A stretch of DNA of 64,000 nucleotides. Origin: Narcine bancroftii (lineage: Eukaryota). A program made the translations under genes and the position numbers. How positions within the stretch are numbered: the stretch's first letter is position 1; each line of letters begins with the position of its first letter. The stretch covers positions 171,492,001-171,556,000 of the forward strand of contig NC_091472.1 of assembly GCF_036971445.1 (NCBI RefSeq), in the 5' to 3' direction. Shown in pieces: positions 52,267 through 64,000 of this stretch. The notes under the pieces were generated by a model that saw only the letters and a program-made list of their open reading frames with translations, did no database searches and had not been told where the DNA came from.

Positions 52267-52768
52267 GTCTGATCTACCCTGTGGGGTTTTCTCCCAGGCT
52301 TCTCTGTCTTAGTGTGGTGATGCTCTCCTACTCAGGGCCATTGCTCCCCAAGAGTCTGCAACCCTTGATGTCAGGGCTGCCATCATGGGCACAGACCTCC
52401 ATGGGCATCAGACCTCTGATGTAATGAAAACGCTGCCAGCCCCATTCTTCACGCTGTTTAAACCTGTACAGTGCTGTTGGACTTAACAACCAAGCAGAAG
52501 AACCCCACGGAGTAATACTTGAAGGTACTTTTCCATTCCTCCCACGTCTGCACCAGTGGCAGAGCCACTGTTTCCACAGCAGCTCCGGATTCCGCCATCT
52601 TCATACTTCCCAACTGCCCTTGGGTTGCTTGCAAATAGAATTTAATTTCAATTGTACAGTTTCCTGGCTGGTTTGATTTTTGATACTCAATTTATTATAT
52701 ATAAAACTATTACATTATAAACTGCACATAATTCCGACTATTCACCCTCATGTAAATGCAGAACTTAC

Positions 52769-52911
52769 TTTGCTCCGAATGCGAAGATGGTCATAAGCAA
52801 CAAACTTATGCTGCTCATGGGTATGATGCTGTGCCTTCAAGTAGCAGTTCAACATGCAGACAGATACACCAGGAATAGCAACTACAAAAGTCAAAATTTT
52901 CCACATGCGCC
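52769..52911 (-). CDS. COX6A1: COX6A1 exon 2 (transmembrane helix)
   Basis: ttttatttcaccag|(G)[47 protein letters not shown]|gtaagt. Confidence 0.96.
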
Positions 52912-54131
52912 CTGGTGAAATAAAATACATACATCGAAAGGCAATAATTCTGTTTCTACCAGTAAAAAGTAATTTCCAAATGACAATATACAGTATTAAT
53001 CAAGAGCCAGTTCCATTCTAATGAGGTGCTTTTAATCTCTCACACCAACCATTTGGCAGTGCCTCTAGAATAGATTTAAGCTTTAAACTAATTTTATTAG
53101 AAATTTTGGATTTGTAAAGCAGAGGAAAAAAATGTAGTAAATGGACCAGTAAAAAAGAGTGCATGATTCACAAAAGTTTAGTAGACTAACGAAGCACAAT
53201 GCCGTAAGAATGCCACGATTGGGTCCACGATTCAAATCCCACGCTGTCTATAAGGAGTTTGTATGTTCTCCCCGTTGTCTGCTTGGGCTTTCCTGGGGGG
53301 GGGGTTCTGGTTTCCTCCTACCGTTCAAAACATACCGGGGTTGTAGGTGTAAATTGGGTGGCACTGACTCGTGGGCCGAAATGGCCTATTACCGTGCTGC
53401 ATGTCTAAATTTTAAAAATTTAAAATAAGGCTTTGGCGAGCCAATTTTGGAGCACAATTATTTTAGAGTTCTTATTTAAGGAAGGGTGTTAATCCATTGG
53501 AAGCAATAAGGAATCAGCTATTTAAGACAAGCGAGGTTTCTCCCCTCAAAGGCTCACGAGTCCTTGGATCAATCACTGATCAGTAAAGTGAACAGGAAAG
53601 CAGAACTGAGGCCATGATCTTATGAAATAGAGCAGACGGAAGGGAACAAAATTTTGATGTAATCTATGTAACTCATACAACATCTGGTAAAGTATCGCAT
53701 TGGTATCTCAGTGAAGAAGCATATTCAAATATTGCTTTAATTATATCCATGACCTTGCACTATTAACTCCCATGCAATATTCCACAATCTTCACTCTATT
53801 TTAGACATAGTTGATTTCAGTAAACTCTTGAAATCACCCGTCGTAAAACAAAAAAACCTGATTTTAATTGCCCGGACACTTTGGCGTTAGTAACTGCTTA
53901 CAAGCAACTGGGAGGCCAGTGCCCGGGACACCCTCTCTCTTCCTCCTCTGGCACATGGAGGGCACGAGAGACCGAAAGAGCACTGCTCCAGGCCACGGCC
54001 GTCCCAACCCACTGCTCCTTTCCTGGGGCCAGCTGATCGGGACAGGCCCCGGGCCCGCAAGGTCACCACCCGACACCCGGTCCCCGGCCCCGGTTCATCA
54101 CCGCCCCGACAGTCCCTCCGACAACGCTCAC

Positions 54132-54225
54132 CGCTCTGATGCTCCTCGGCGCCGGCCGCCGCCGCCGACAGCTGCCGAGCGGCGCTGAAGCTCCTGCGGA
54201 ACAACCGACCCCACACCGCCGCCAT
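54132..54225 (-). CDS. COX6A1: Cytochrome c oxidase subunit 6A1 exon 1 (presequence)
   Basis: MAAVWGRLFRRSFSAARQLSAAAAGAEEHQS(G)|gtgagc in a CpG island; called A1 rather than A2 from synteny with TRIAP1/GATC/SRSF9. Confidence 0.92.
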
Positions 54226-54246
54226 TCCGGACAGACTGGCAATCAG

Positions 54247-54258
54247 TGCGCAGGCGCG
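54247..54258. promoter_or_regulatory. NRF1-like site upstream of COX6A1
   Basis: TGCGCAGGCGCG, close to the NRF1 consensus YGCGCAYGCGCR, 22 nt upstream of the ATG. Confidence 0.6.
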
Positions 54259-54434
54259 AGCCGCCGGGGTAAAGGTCAGAAGCAAATAAAAGATCTTTTT
54301 AAAACATACATCCACACATCTGACATAGATATTTCCACCCCTGTTTCCACCTTGCTTTTTCCACGCCGCTGTTACTCCCCTGTATCCATTCTTCTATTGC
54401 CACCCCCCCCCCCCCCCCCCCCCCCGTTTCCCCC

Positions 54435-57400
54435 TGTGGTGGTATACCACCAGCCTCCTGCAGGGGCAACCTCCGGACCTGACTGGAGACAAGCCAACAC
54501 CTTGACGGCTGTCAATCAGCCGACCTGAATGGACCGAGCCCCATCCAGTCGGGTGTCAATCACCCTCCAGGATGTCAGCCTGAGCCCACTCTCAGAGTTT
54601 ACAGCAGTACAATCTCACACTCACTAAAGCTAAAAATCCACCCTACCACCTTCTCTAACACCTTCGCCATCAAGGACCGGACTATCAATACCCTTGCGCG
54701 CTGCTCAGCCGATTGGATTGTGTGTGTGGGGGGTGGGGGGAAGACATACACTGGGTTCAGGCTCCTGGTCATGCCCAAACTCTGCGCCCCAGTCCTCCTG
54801 GGCTTAGATTTCCAATGCCACCTGCAGAGCATCACCCTCGCCTTCAGGGGGCCCCTAACACCACTCACGCTCCACAGCGCACCGCCCAACCAGCCCCGGC
54901 CAACCTGTGGCTTCTCCATGCTGCACATCACCCCTCTTCTCACACCTCACACCAGACTGCAAGCCGATACCCGCCAGAAGTAGGCGCTATTGCGCCGCGG
55001 ACAGAGACTTCATCAGGGTGGAGATGCAGCGGCTTCTGGCGGAAGGTGTCATAGAGCCCAGCAACAGCCCTTGGAGAGCCCAAGTCCTAGTGGTCAAAAG
55101 GGGGAGCATGCCGAGGATGGTCATGAACTACAGCCAGGCCATCAACTGGTACTCCCAGCGAGACACCTACCCCCTACCAAGGATAACCGACATGGTCAAC
55201 GAGATAGCCCGTTGCAGGGTCTTCTCCACAATTGACCTGGTTGGCCTATCATCAACTCCCCATCCACCTGTGGGACAAGCCCTATACTGCCTTTGAGGTG
55301 GACGGGCGCCTGTACCAGTTCCGCTGAGTTCCGTTTGGGGTCACGAGTGGGGTCTCCATCTTCCAGCGGGAGATGGATCAAATGGTAGACCGCCACAAGC
55401 TAAAGGGGGCTTTCCCATACCTGGATAATGTCACCATCTGCGGCCATGACCAGCAGGACCATGATGCCAACCTAGAAAAATTTCTCCAGTCGGCCCAGGA
55501 GCTGAACCTCACTTACAACAAAGAGAAGTGGGTGTTCAGCTCCACCCGCCTCGCCATCCTGGGGTACATCGTGGCACATGGTGTCATCGGCCTAGATCCA
55601 GAATGGATGCGCCCGTTAATGGAGCTGCCCCTATCTCCCCACGCTCAAAGCCCTCTGCAGGTGCTTTGGCTTATTCTCTTATTACTCCCAGTGGGTTTCC
55701 CGCTTCTCGGACAAGGTCCGCCCACTGGCCCAGGCCACAACTGCTCCTACCCGAGGCGCAGGCAGCATTCATGCGCATCAGGCAGGACATCGCAGACGTC
55801 ACGATGCATGCCATGGACGAGGACTCCCCCTTCCAGGTGGAGAACGATGCCTCCGATGTGGTCCTCGCTGCTACTCTCAACCAAGGGGAGTGCCCGGCTG
55901 CCTTCTTCTCCAGGACCTTCCACGGCTCCGAGCTAGGGCACTCGCCATTGAAAATGAGGCCCAGGAGATTGTGAAAGCGGTCCATCACTGGCACCACTAC
56001 CTAGCCGGCAGGAGGTTCACTCTGCTCACTGACCAGCGGGCAGTGGCGTTCATGTTCAACACCACACACAGGGGCAAGATCAAGAACGACAAGATCTTGT
56101 GCTGGAGAGTCAAGCTGGCGACATCCAGCTGCGACATCCAGTATCGTCCCAGGAAGTTTAACAACTCCCCCAACGCCCTCTCCCGGACCTGCATGTCGCT
56201 CCATGATGACCAGCTCCAGGCACTGCATGAGTCCCTCTGCCACCTGGGCATCACCTACTTATACCATTTTATCAAGTCCTGGAACCACCCGTACACCGTC
56301 AGGGTTGTGAGGACCATGACCAAGGCATGCCGGGTCTGCGCGAAATGCAAACCCCGCTTTTTCCGCCCACTCCAGGCTCATGTCATGAAGGCCACTCAGC
56401 CTTGACATGGATTTCAAGGGGCCCCTGCCTTCCACAAATTGTAATGTCTATTTCCTCACAGTCATAGACGAGTACTCCTGCTTCCCCTTTGCCATCCCTT
56501 GCCCAGATACCTCCATCAGGGCACTTACACAGATCTTCACCATGTTTGGCGACCCCGCATTTATCCACAGCGACCAAGGGTCTAGCTTCATGAGTGAGGA
56601 ACTACGCCAGTACCTGACATCAAGGGGCATTGCGACTAGTCACATGACTAGTTACAACCCAAGAGGTAATGGGCAAGAGGAACGTGAGAATGGGATGATC
56701 TGAAAGTCAGTTCTTCTGGCCCTTAAGTCAAAAGGGTGGTCCATAGAATACTGGCAGGACACTCCTCCTAAGGTGCTCCATGCCATTTGGTCACTTCTGT
56801 GCACAGCTACCAACAAGACCCCTCAAGAATGCCAATTTTCGTTCCCCAGGAGATTGGCAATGGGAACATCTCTCCTGGCATGGCTCACGTCCCTGGGATT
56901 GGTGCTCCTGCGTAGACATGTGCGGGAACACAAGGCCAAACCCCTGGTTGAGCAGGTGTTCCTCCTACACGCGAACCACAACTATGCCTATGTTAGGTTC
57001 AGCAGCGGCAGGGAAGACTCCGTCTCAATCAGGGACCTGGCACTGGCAGGAGCACCCACCACAGCACAGCATCCTCCAGCCCAGGACCCCACCATCCTGA
57101 CATACCCCCCCCCCCCAGACCCTGGACAGCTATGGGACACTCAGGTCCTCCTTGGGCACCAAGGACATGCTACAACCGTGGGGGACGAAGCCGCCCTCCT
57201 ACCCATCCCCTGCGATACATATGACTTAACCGTAACCCCCCGCCCCTGGCCACTTATCCATGCTGCACTACGCTAGTCGCTCCAGCCCCTGCTCCCAGCC
57301 CTCCCACACCCTCACCAACCAATGACTTGGAGCCAGTCCTGTGGCAGTTGCAGAGACTCTGAAGGCTGCCAGACCATCTTAATCTGTAAATACTGTGTAT

Positions 57401-57846
57401 GTGTTTTGGGGCTTTACTGCAACTCCCCCACCCCGGGTCAATTTTAAAGAAGGGAGTGAATGTGGTGGGTTAAGGTAATACAAGAGCCAATGGATGTGTA
57501 GAAAGGGCATAAATTGAACTTGGAAGACTTACCTGGCATATCTTAAAAGGACGAACAAAATTAAGGGGTCAGACTAATCCAACCTATTCTGCACTGGACA
57601 ACTTCTGTATCTGCAGAAGAGCATGGGGACAAGACAACACCTGGATGGCTGTCAATCAGCAGACCTGAATGGACCAAGCCCCACCGGTCAGGTGTCAATC
57701 ACCCTCTGGCATATTACTTTGAAGTAATTCTCAGAGTTTACAGTAGCACAATTTCACAGCTGGCTCTGTGGAAGTTTACGTCGAATAAAGCCTGTTGTAC
57801 AGTCTTTTGGTTTTGTGTGTTTGCTTCTGTCCGACAGCACACCACA
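54435..57846 (+). mobile_element. Degenerate Ty3/Gypsy LTR retrotransposon (partial 5' LTR, pol remnants, PPT, 3' LTR 57461-57846)
   Basis: TGTGGTG...CACCACA termini; IEPSNSPWRAQV, YPLPRI, FPYLDNV (RT); FQVENDASD, FTLLTDQR (RNase H); DFKGPLP, IHSDQG, SYNPRGNGQEER (IN); PPT AAAGAAGGGAGTGAA; many stops and frameshifts. Confidence 0.93.
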
Positions 57847-58975
57847 CCACCCCGTTTCCATTGTTTCATTTCCACCACTCTGTTTCCACTCCTTTGATTC
57901 CATCTCTCAGTTTCCACTGCACTGTTTCTGCCTTCTGTTTCCATCCCTCTTTCCACATCTCTGCTTCAGCCAGCTGTTTCCACACTGCTGTTTCCACACT
58001 GCTGTTTCCACTCCTTTGTTTCCACCCTCTGTTTTCACCCATCTGTTCCCACTGTTATGGAATCCAGAGGACCCCAAAAACCATCAGCAATAGATATGCA
58101 CCACAACACAGGGTTATTTAAACAAAAGTAGTTTTTAATTATATTTGAACAAGAAAACAGAATTGAACTTTAACATTACTTAACCTACCTAACTACTTAA
58201 TCCCCCCTCTAATACTTAGTGCAGATGTGTGTAATGTATATTTAAGATTAGAAAAGTTGTTTGGATCACAGTCCAATCTCACTGGTTGCAAGCAATTCTT
58301 GTACTGTGCACAGAAGTTAGCATTAACAAAGTTTACCAGTCTTTGGTGCTTAACAGGAAAATGGTTACCACTCAGGGGGGTTCTTGCTGGTTTTCAGAGA
58401 GAGATTCCTTTTCCAGGACATCCTCAACTGATTCCTTCTCAATCAGTCTTGCTGACAAAACTTGCCCCCTTCAGGGTTCTCCAGATGATCCTCTTTCTTT
58501 CCGGTCACCTTTCAGACCGCCAATCTTCTCCTTTGACCAGGCAGTCTTCCAAAGTTTGTCAACTTGTCCCTCTGGAACAGATTTCTGTCTTTTCTCTATG
58601 TTTCACACCCTCCCTCTCTGAGAGCAAAACTCTTCTCCTCTCTGTTTCATATCCTTCCTCTCTGAGAGCAAAACTCTTCTCCTCTGCCTGCAAAGGTCAC
58701 ATGCTCTCCTAGGCAAGCTGCTGTTGATACTTTGATGCCTCTTGAAAAAAAGCATTCTGCAAAAGTCCTGCAAATATTCTGTGTTTTGAAATGTGTGTGT
58801 GCAAGCTGCTCTAACAATTCCTCCCAAACCACCTCTAAATACTCTGTCACACCACCTCTCATTTTCTATCCCTGTTTCGATCCATCAGTTTCCACCTAAT
58901 TGTTTCCACCCCTCTGTTTCCACGCCACTATTTCCATCCCTCTCTTTCAACTCCTTTGTTTCTACCCCTCTGTTA
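57847..58975. repeat. Degenerate CTGTTTCCAC-like low-complexity array (also 54330-54434), split by LTR insertions
   Basis: Recurrent TGTTTCCA / TTTCCAC words at 54330-54434, 57847-58052 and 58852-58975. Confidence 0.75.
58053..58851 (-). mobile_element. Complete solo LTR with 4-bp TSD
   Basis: TGTTA...GTCACA termini; CCAC at 58049-58052 and 58852-58855; homologous to 38630-39560 and 33131-33980; orientation tentative. Confidence 0.85.
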
Positions 58976-59068
58976 CCATAAATTCAAGACAAATGGCAGA
59001 ACAGGATAGGTCAGTGGGGTGGGAAGTTTCAAAGGGGGTATGATAGAGTAATATATATTGCATATATA

Positions 59069-59070
<2 letters not shown>

Positions 59071-59140
<70 letters not shown>
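59071..59140. repeat. (GT)n microsatellite
   Basis: Pure GT run. Confidence 0.97.
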
Positions 59141-59142
<2 letters not shown>

Positions 59143-60929
59143 TCTTTCTGCTGTTTCTGTGTGGTCACAACAAAAGATCAAGGATCCCAATGCCATCCTA
59201 CTTTTCCTCCGTTTTAAATGGTCATGGGCCAGGAGTGTCATGTATTTTTAGAACTTTCTTGAAAAATTTTCTCTGTATACCTTATAATCTCTTCCAATTT
59301 GAGAGCTGGGAATATAGTTTGGGACCTGCTTAACACAGATGACTGGGGATATTTAGAGCACAGAAGTTAGTGTGTTGATCTGGAGGTGAAAACTCTGGTA
59401 TTGGTTCCCTTATTTGCTGGTGAACTTCAATGAGTTTGCTGAGATTATCTCTCCAATACTTTAAGGTGCCTGTTACAGTAGTAGATGCGAGTTTTGTGCT
59501 GGGTTTAAGGCCAGAGTTGGTGTCAGAACAAGTCTAATCGGGTGGGGGGGGGGGCATTAGGGTAAGTGCAGGGGGAGACATAAACTGCTGTTCAAGAACT
59601 CAGTCAGCGGATGGGATGGGTGGGCATGTGGCGTGGGTGCCATACCTGCCAAGAACCTCCTCCGGGCACCGGTGTCACACTTCCCCCTCCCTCCAATGTA
59701 ACAGACATACGTGCATGCTTATAGCGCGTGCATATGAAACCATGTGATTAATTTTGGTGACACCTACGCTGATGGTGGGGGGAGGGAGCTGAAGGCTGTA
59801 CTGACATATTGGAGCCATTGGTGAATTTAATTATTGGCACCTGTTTTGGTGTGACGAGGCATGCAAGGAGGTCCATATTTTCTGCCGTCTCTTTATTGTT
59901 GGGGTGGTGGTGGTGGTGTTAGCTGGTCAGCTTTGTAAAAAATCCTTCATTTTATAGATTTTAAGTGTATGTTTTGTTAACTGATGGCTCTGACATCCAC
60001 CTTAGAATGTGCTTCAAGAGGTTGGACATGGCTCACGTTAACTCCAGCCTCCCAGACATTCTCGATCCACTATAGTTTGTCTACCATCGCAGTCGGCCCA
60101 GGGCAGACGCGATCTACCCTGGAACATCTGGACAACATGTCCAAATCCTATTTATTGGCTGCAGTGTTGCCTTCAACACCATAGTCCAGAAACTCCATGT
60201 CGTGGGTATCTGCAACACCTTTGAACTGGATCCTTGACTTCTGGACCTGCAGACTCAAGTCTCAAGAAACAACTCCAGGTTCTCTAACATTCCTTCCATG
60301 ACTTTGAACCCATGCTTTTAAAACAAATCCAGTATGCGGAATGCTTTACCAATCCTTCTCTCATTATATCCTGCCACTTGTCAGGATTATAGAGTTGGTG
60401 CATACTCTTTCAAAATATGCCATTCAGCCTGTGTTATCTCTGCATCCTTTCTGCTAAAGTTATCATTCCGCCTTTCTCTGTATTAGACTCATCCACTTAT
60501 TCCGTTGGTCTTCTTACAATCTTCACTTTTCCTTCACTGCTTACCACACTTCCAAGCTTCACATTACTCACGTGTATTAATTAAAAAGCAATGGTCCCAA
60601 CATTGTCCTCCCAGGAATGTTGCCACTGTCCTCCAATCTGAAAATAACCATTCATCGCCACTCACAGCTTCCTGTCTTGAAGTCTACTTCCTATTTGTGC
60701 TGTTCATGAACCTTAATTCCACAGATCTGTTTTGCTAACCACCATTTTGTGTGGAACTTTGTCTTTGTGGTTCTGTCAAATAAAAAAACAGAACACGATG
60801 GTAATACAAGAGACAATGGATGTGTAGAAAGGGCATAAATTGAACTTGGAAGACTTACCTGGCATATCTTAAAAGGACGAACAAAATTAAGGGGTCAGAC
60901 TAATCCAACCTATTCCATTATACTCATGT

Positions 60930-61335
60930 TAAACACAAAAATCTGCTTGTGCTGTGATTGTCGTAAAAACAGAGTTACTGGAGGAACCCAGCCAGTCTCA
61001 CAGCATCCATTGGAGGTAAAGATATATTAATGACACTTTGGGCCTGAGCCCTTCCTTCTTCAAGGAATGTGTAATCTCTCCCCATGTCTCCTTCCCTCTA
61101 GTTCTGTCTCTCTTCCTTTTTCCCTCTCTCCTTTCAGAGTCAAAATCAATTCCCACCTCTGTCATCTTATCCAATTAACACCTTTTTTTTCTGTTGGTCT
61201 GCACTCATCCCCTTCCCATTCTTTCCTTTTCCTCCAGCCTTCTATATAGATGCCTGTTTTTTAACTCATATCCATAGGCCTCCTATGGACGTTGTGAGAC
61301 CTACTGAGTTCCTCCAGCATTTCTGTGTTTTTACA
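60930..61335. mobile_element. Penelope-like remnant with inverted terminal copies
   Basis: CTGGAGGAACCCAGCCAGTCTCACAGCATCCAT near 60978 is inverted relative to ATGGACGTTGTGAGACCTACTGAGTTCCTCCAG near 61286. Confidence 0.55.
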
Positions 61336-62350
61336 CTAGTGCTCGATTGAATGACGGAATTCACTCTGTTGTAGGGGAGCACAACAGAGAATGGCTCGGA
61401 TTGTTTCTAGATTAAATTGCACTGTGAGGCCCAAAGATTAGAGGGGGAAGTGATCTTTTAAAATTGCTGTCCAGAAAATCTTGGCAATCAGGATTGAAGC
61501 AGTGTGTGCAGTACAGCTCCTGTGTGAATGAATAACAACGAAATATGAGACTCAAATGTGTGCCACTTCTAATACATTTCTTCCATGCAGAAATTTTTAA
61601 AAATGATGCATTGGGCATATAAGTAAATAAGGTTGCTCTCCTAACAAGGAACTGATTTCATTTGGAGTATGTATAACGGATAGATCTAGTGCATCTGCTA
61701 TTCACCTTTTTGCTGCATTAGTGTTCATATTGGGGCATTCTCTGTGAATCATTTCTAATTCGATCTGAAATCATTTGCATTTTAAAAATTTAATTTATAT
61801 TTTTGGGAAGCAGTGTTAGTTGGAGCACAAGTAGAAGATGAGGAGTAGAGAGATATAAGATAGCTCTGCATCATCTTTGACTGATGGTGGGGAACCTTCT
61901 GCCTTCACTCATTCCCAGAGCTGTGGACATTGGCCGTGAGTCTGCAAGCTAGCAAGTGAAAGGCAGAACTGTAGAGTCATTTAGTACAGGAGCAGGCCCT
62001 TCAATGTTTACACTTGTCCTTTCCTTTTATTTCCACATTCCCATCAACTCCTCCAAGATTCTACACACTCACTGACACACTAAGGCCAATTTACATGCCA
62101 AACTGCATGTCTTTGGGATGCGGGAGGAGACCCACACAATCATAGGGAGAAGGTGCAAACTCAGCACAGACAGCACCCACCGGCATTGATCCTAGGTCTC
62201 TGCAGCAGCGAGGCAGCCACTGTCTGTGTTATTGTTGTGCTGTTTGGTGGCCCCCACGTGATCCAATTTGGTGGCCCTGACTTTGCTGGGATTCCCAAGC
62301 TTTACAGGAGGATCCTGCCACGAGATCTGGGCTAAATAGCATTGAGGGGC

Positions 62351-64000
62351 TGTAGGGCGTTGAATGACTCAAAGACTTGTTGACTCAAATCAAGGCTTTC
62401 ATTAACAAAAGACTGGAGCGTAGTACATCGAGGTTGATCAGTCCAGACTGACCTGGGTCTGGTTAGCAGCAGCCCTTTATGACCTGCCAATAGCCGTGGC
62501 TATGGCTCTCAGCCAATCACTACTACTATATGTAAATATATACATTGGTGATAGTATCCTGTACAATCACATTCACCCCTTCTTTAGGAACTGACCCTGG
62601 GGTGAGTAAAAGAAAAAGGGAGGGGGGTATAGCATTCAGTGTTTACGGGCTGTAATGGTCAGGAGGCCTGATTGTCCAATGTGATCACCGTGGCGCCGGG
62701 ATCAGGGTAGCTGGGGGAGTATCATTGCTGGGGTCCCCGGGTGTGGGCGCAGTTTCGCCTAGTCCACAGTCGTCATTGACCATGGGCTGGTTTGTCATCC
62801 GTGAGGTCCTGCTGTCTCAGCATGTAACCTAGGGAGGATCGGATGGAGGTTGGGGTTGGAATGCGACAATGTTAGACCCGGCTTGGGCCAGGTCCCTTAC
62901 CGAGACCGTGTCCTCCCACCTGTCCGGGTACTCAATATAGGCATAGTGTGGGTTCGTGTGTAACAGCGTTATCCGGTTGACTAGGGGGCCATTTTTCGAG
63001 TAGCGGACATGACGTCTCAGCAGGACAGGTCCAGGGACTGTCAGCCAAACCGGTGTGGTCGTTCCCGATTCTGACTTCTGTGGAAATGAGAATATACGTT
63101 CGTGTGGGGTAGCGTTGGTGGCAGTGCATAACAGGGATCTGATGGAGTGTAGGGCGTTTGGGAGGACGTCCTGCCAGCGAGTGGTGGGGAGGCTTTTAGA
63201 CTGGAGGGAAAGTGTGACCACTTTCCAGACGGTGGCATTTTCCCTTTCGACCTGCCCGTTAACGCGTGGGTTGTAGCTAGTGGTCCTGCTCAAAGCAATA
63301 CTACGCTCCAGAAGGTACTGCCTCAGCTCTGCACTCATAAATGAGGACCCCGGTTACTGTGGATGTAACTGGCGAAGATGCTGTGCAGTGCATTTATGAC
63401 TGAGGAGGCAGTCATGTCCGGGCAGGGAATAGCGAACAGGAAGTGGGAGTACTCATCGATCACCGTGAGAATGTAGGTGTTGTGGTTCGTCGATGGTAGG
63501 GGTCCCTTGAAGTCCACACTGAGATGTTCAAAGGGCCGGGTGGCTTTAATGATGTGGGTCTTCTCGGGCCGGAAGAAGTTGGGCTTGCACTCAGCACATA
63601 CTGGGCAGGCTCGAGTCATGGAGTGGATCTCCTCGACCGTAAAAGGCAGGTTGCAGGCCTTTACAAAGTGGCAAACTGGTGACCCCCAGGTGACAGAGCT
63701 CCTCATGGAGTCTCTGCAGCCTGTCCAGTTGTACACTGGCGCATGTCCCATGGGAAAGGGCGTCGGGTGGGTCATTGAGTTTGCCAATGAATGTCATAGT
63801 TGAAGGTAGAGAGTTCGATTCTCCACCTGCCGAACTTGTCATTTTTGATCTTACCCCGCTAGTTGCTGCTAAACATAAATGAGACCACGCATTGGTCGGT
63901 CAGCAGTGTAAAGTGCCTGCCAGCGAGGTAGTGTCTCTAACACGTACGGCCTCTATGATGGCCTGGGCCTCCTTCTCGGGGCCTGAAGAGTCCTAGAAAA
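62351..64000 (-). mobile_element. Degenerate Ty3/Gypsy element, 3' part (integrase, PPT, LTR 62351-62571); continues beyond the window
   Basis: CPVCAECKP, LSVDFKGPLP, TTSYNPRVNGQVERENATVWK; PPT AAAGAAGGGGTGAA adjacent to a TG...CA LTR. Confidence 0.92.

Noticed and set aside
53185-53425. tRNA-like A/B box sequence
   Set aside because: Degenerate head of a V-SINE, with no cloverleaf
57527-57538. ACTTACCTGGCA resembling the U1 snRNA 5' end (also 60853-60864)
   Set aside because: Similarity stops after ~12 nt; better explained as the complement of a splice donor
58962-59333. HT/VC repeat ORFs (also 40200-40382)
   Set aside because: Translations of (GT)n microsatellites

Overview
This is eukaryotic vertebrate genomic DNA, not prokaryotic. 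The repeat repertoire (V-SINE/HE1-like SINEs, Penelope, CR1/Rex1, RTE and L1/Tx1 LINEs) suggests a cartilaginous fish, but that is an inference. The window holds the conserved SRSF9-GATC-TRIAP1-COX6A1 block: SRSF9 exons 2-4 (+, exon 1 lies upstream of the window), complete GATC (5 coding exons, -, 171 aa), TRIAP1 (2 exons, -, 79 aa), a canonical tRNA-Lys(UUU) gene (-) and COX6A1 (3 exons, -, 109 aa). All splice junctions were read as GT-AG with consistent phases. The rest is dense in transposable elements: an L1/Tx1-type LINE with intact ORF1, intact ORF2 and a 16-bp TSD; four young RTE copies; two degraded Gypsy elements; solo LTRs; and Tigger, Tc1 and Chapaev3 remnants. A ~2.8 kb 33-bp minisatellite abuts the GATC promoter. 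Best leads: an A8/slippery-site junction that could extend L1 ORF1, TRIAP1 inverted relative to human, a paired structured element in adjacent GATC introns, a near-perfect 116-bp local duplication carrying a 9-nt microexon-like cassette, and a candidate NMD-inducing acceptor in SRSF9. No CRISPR array or clearly new multi-gene system is supported.
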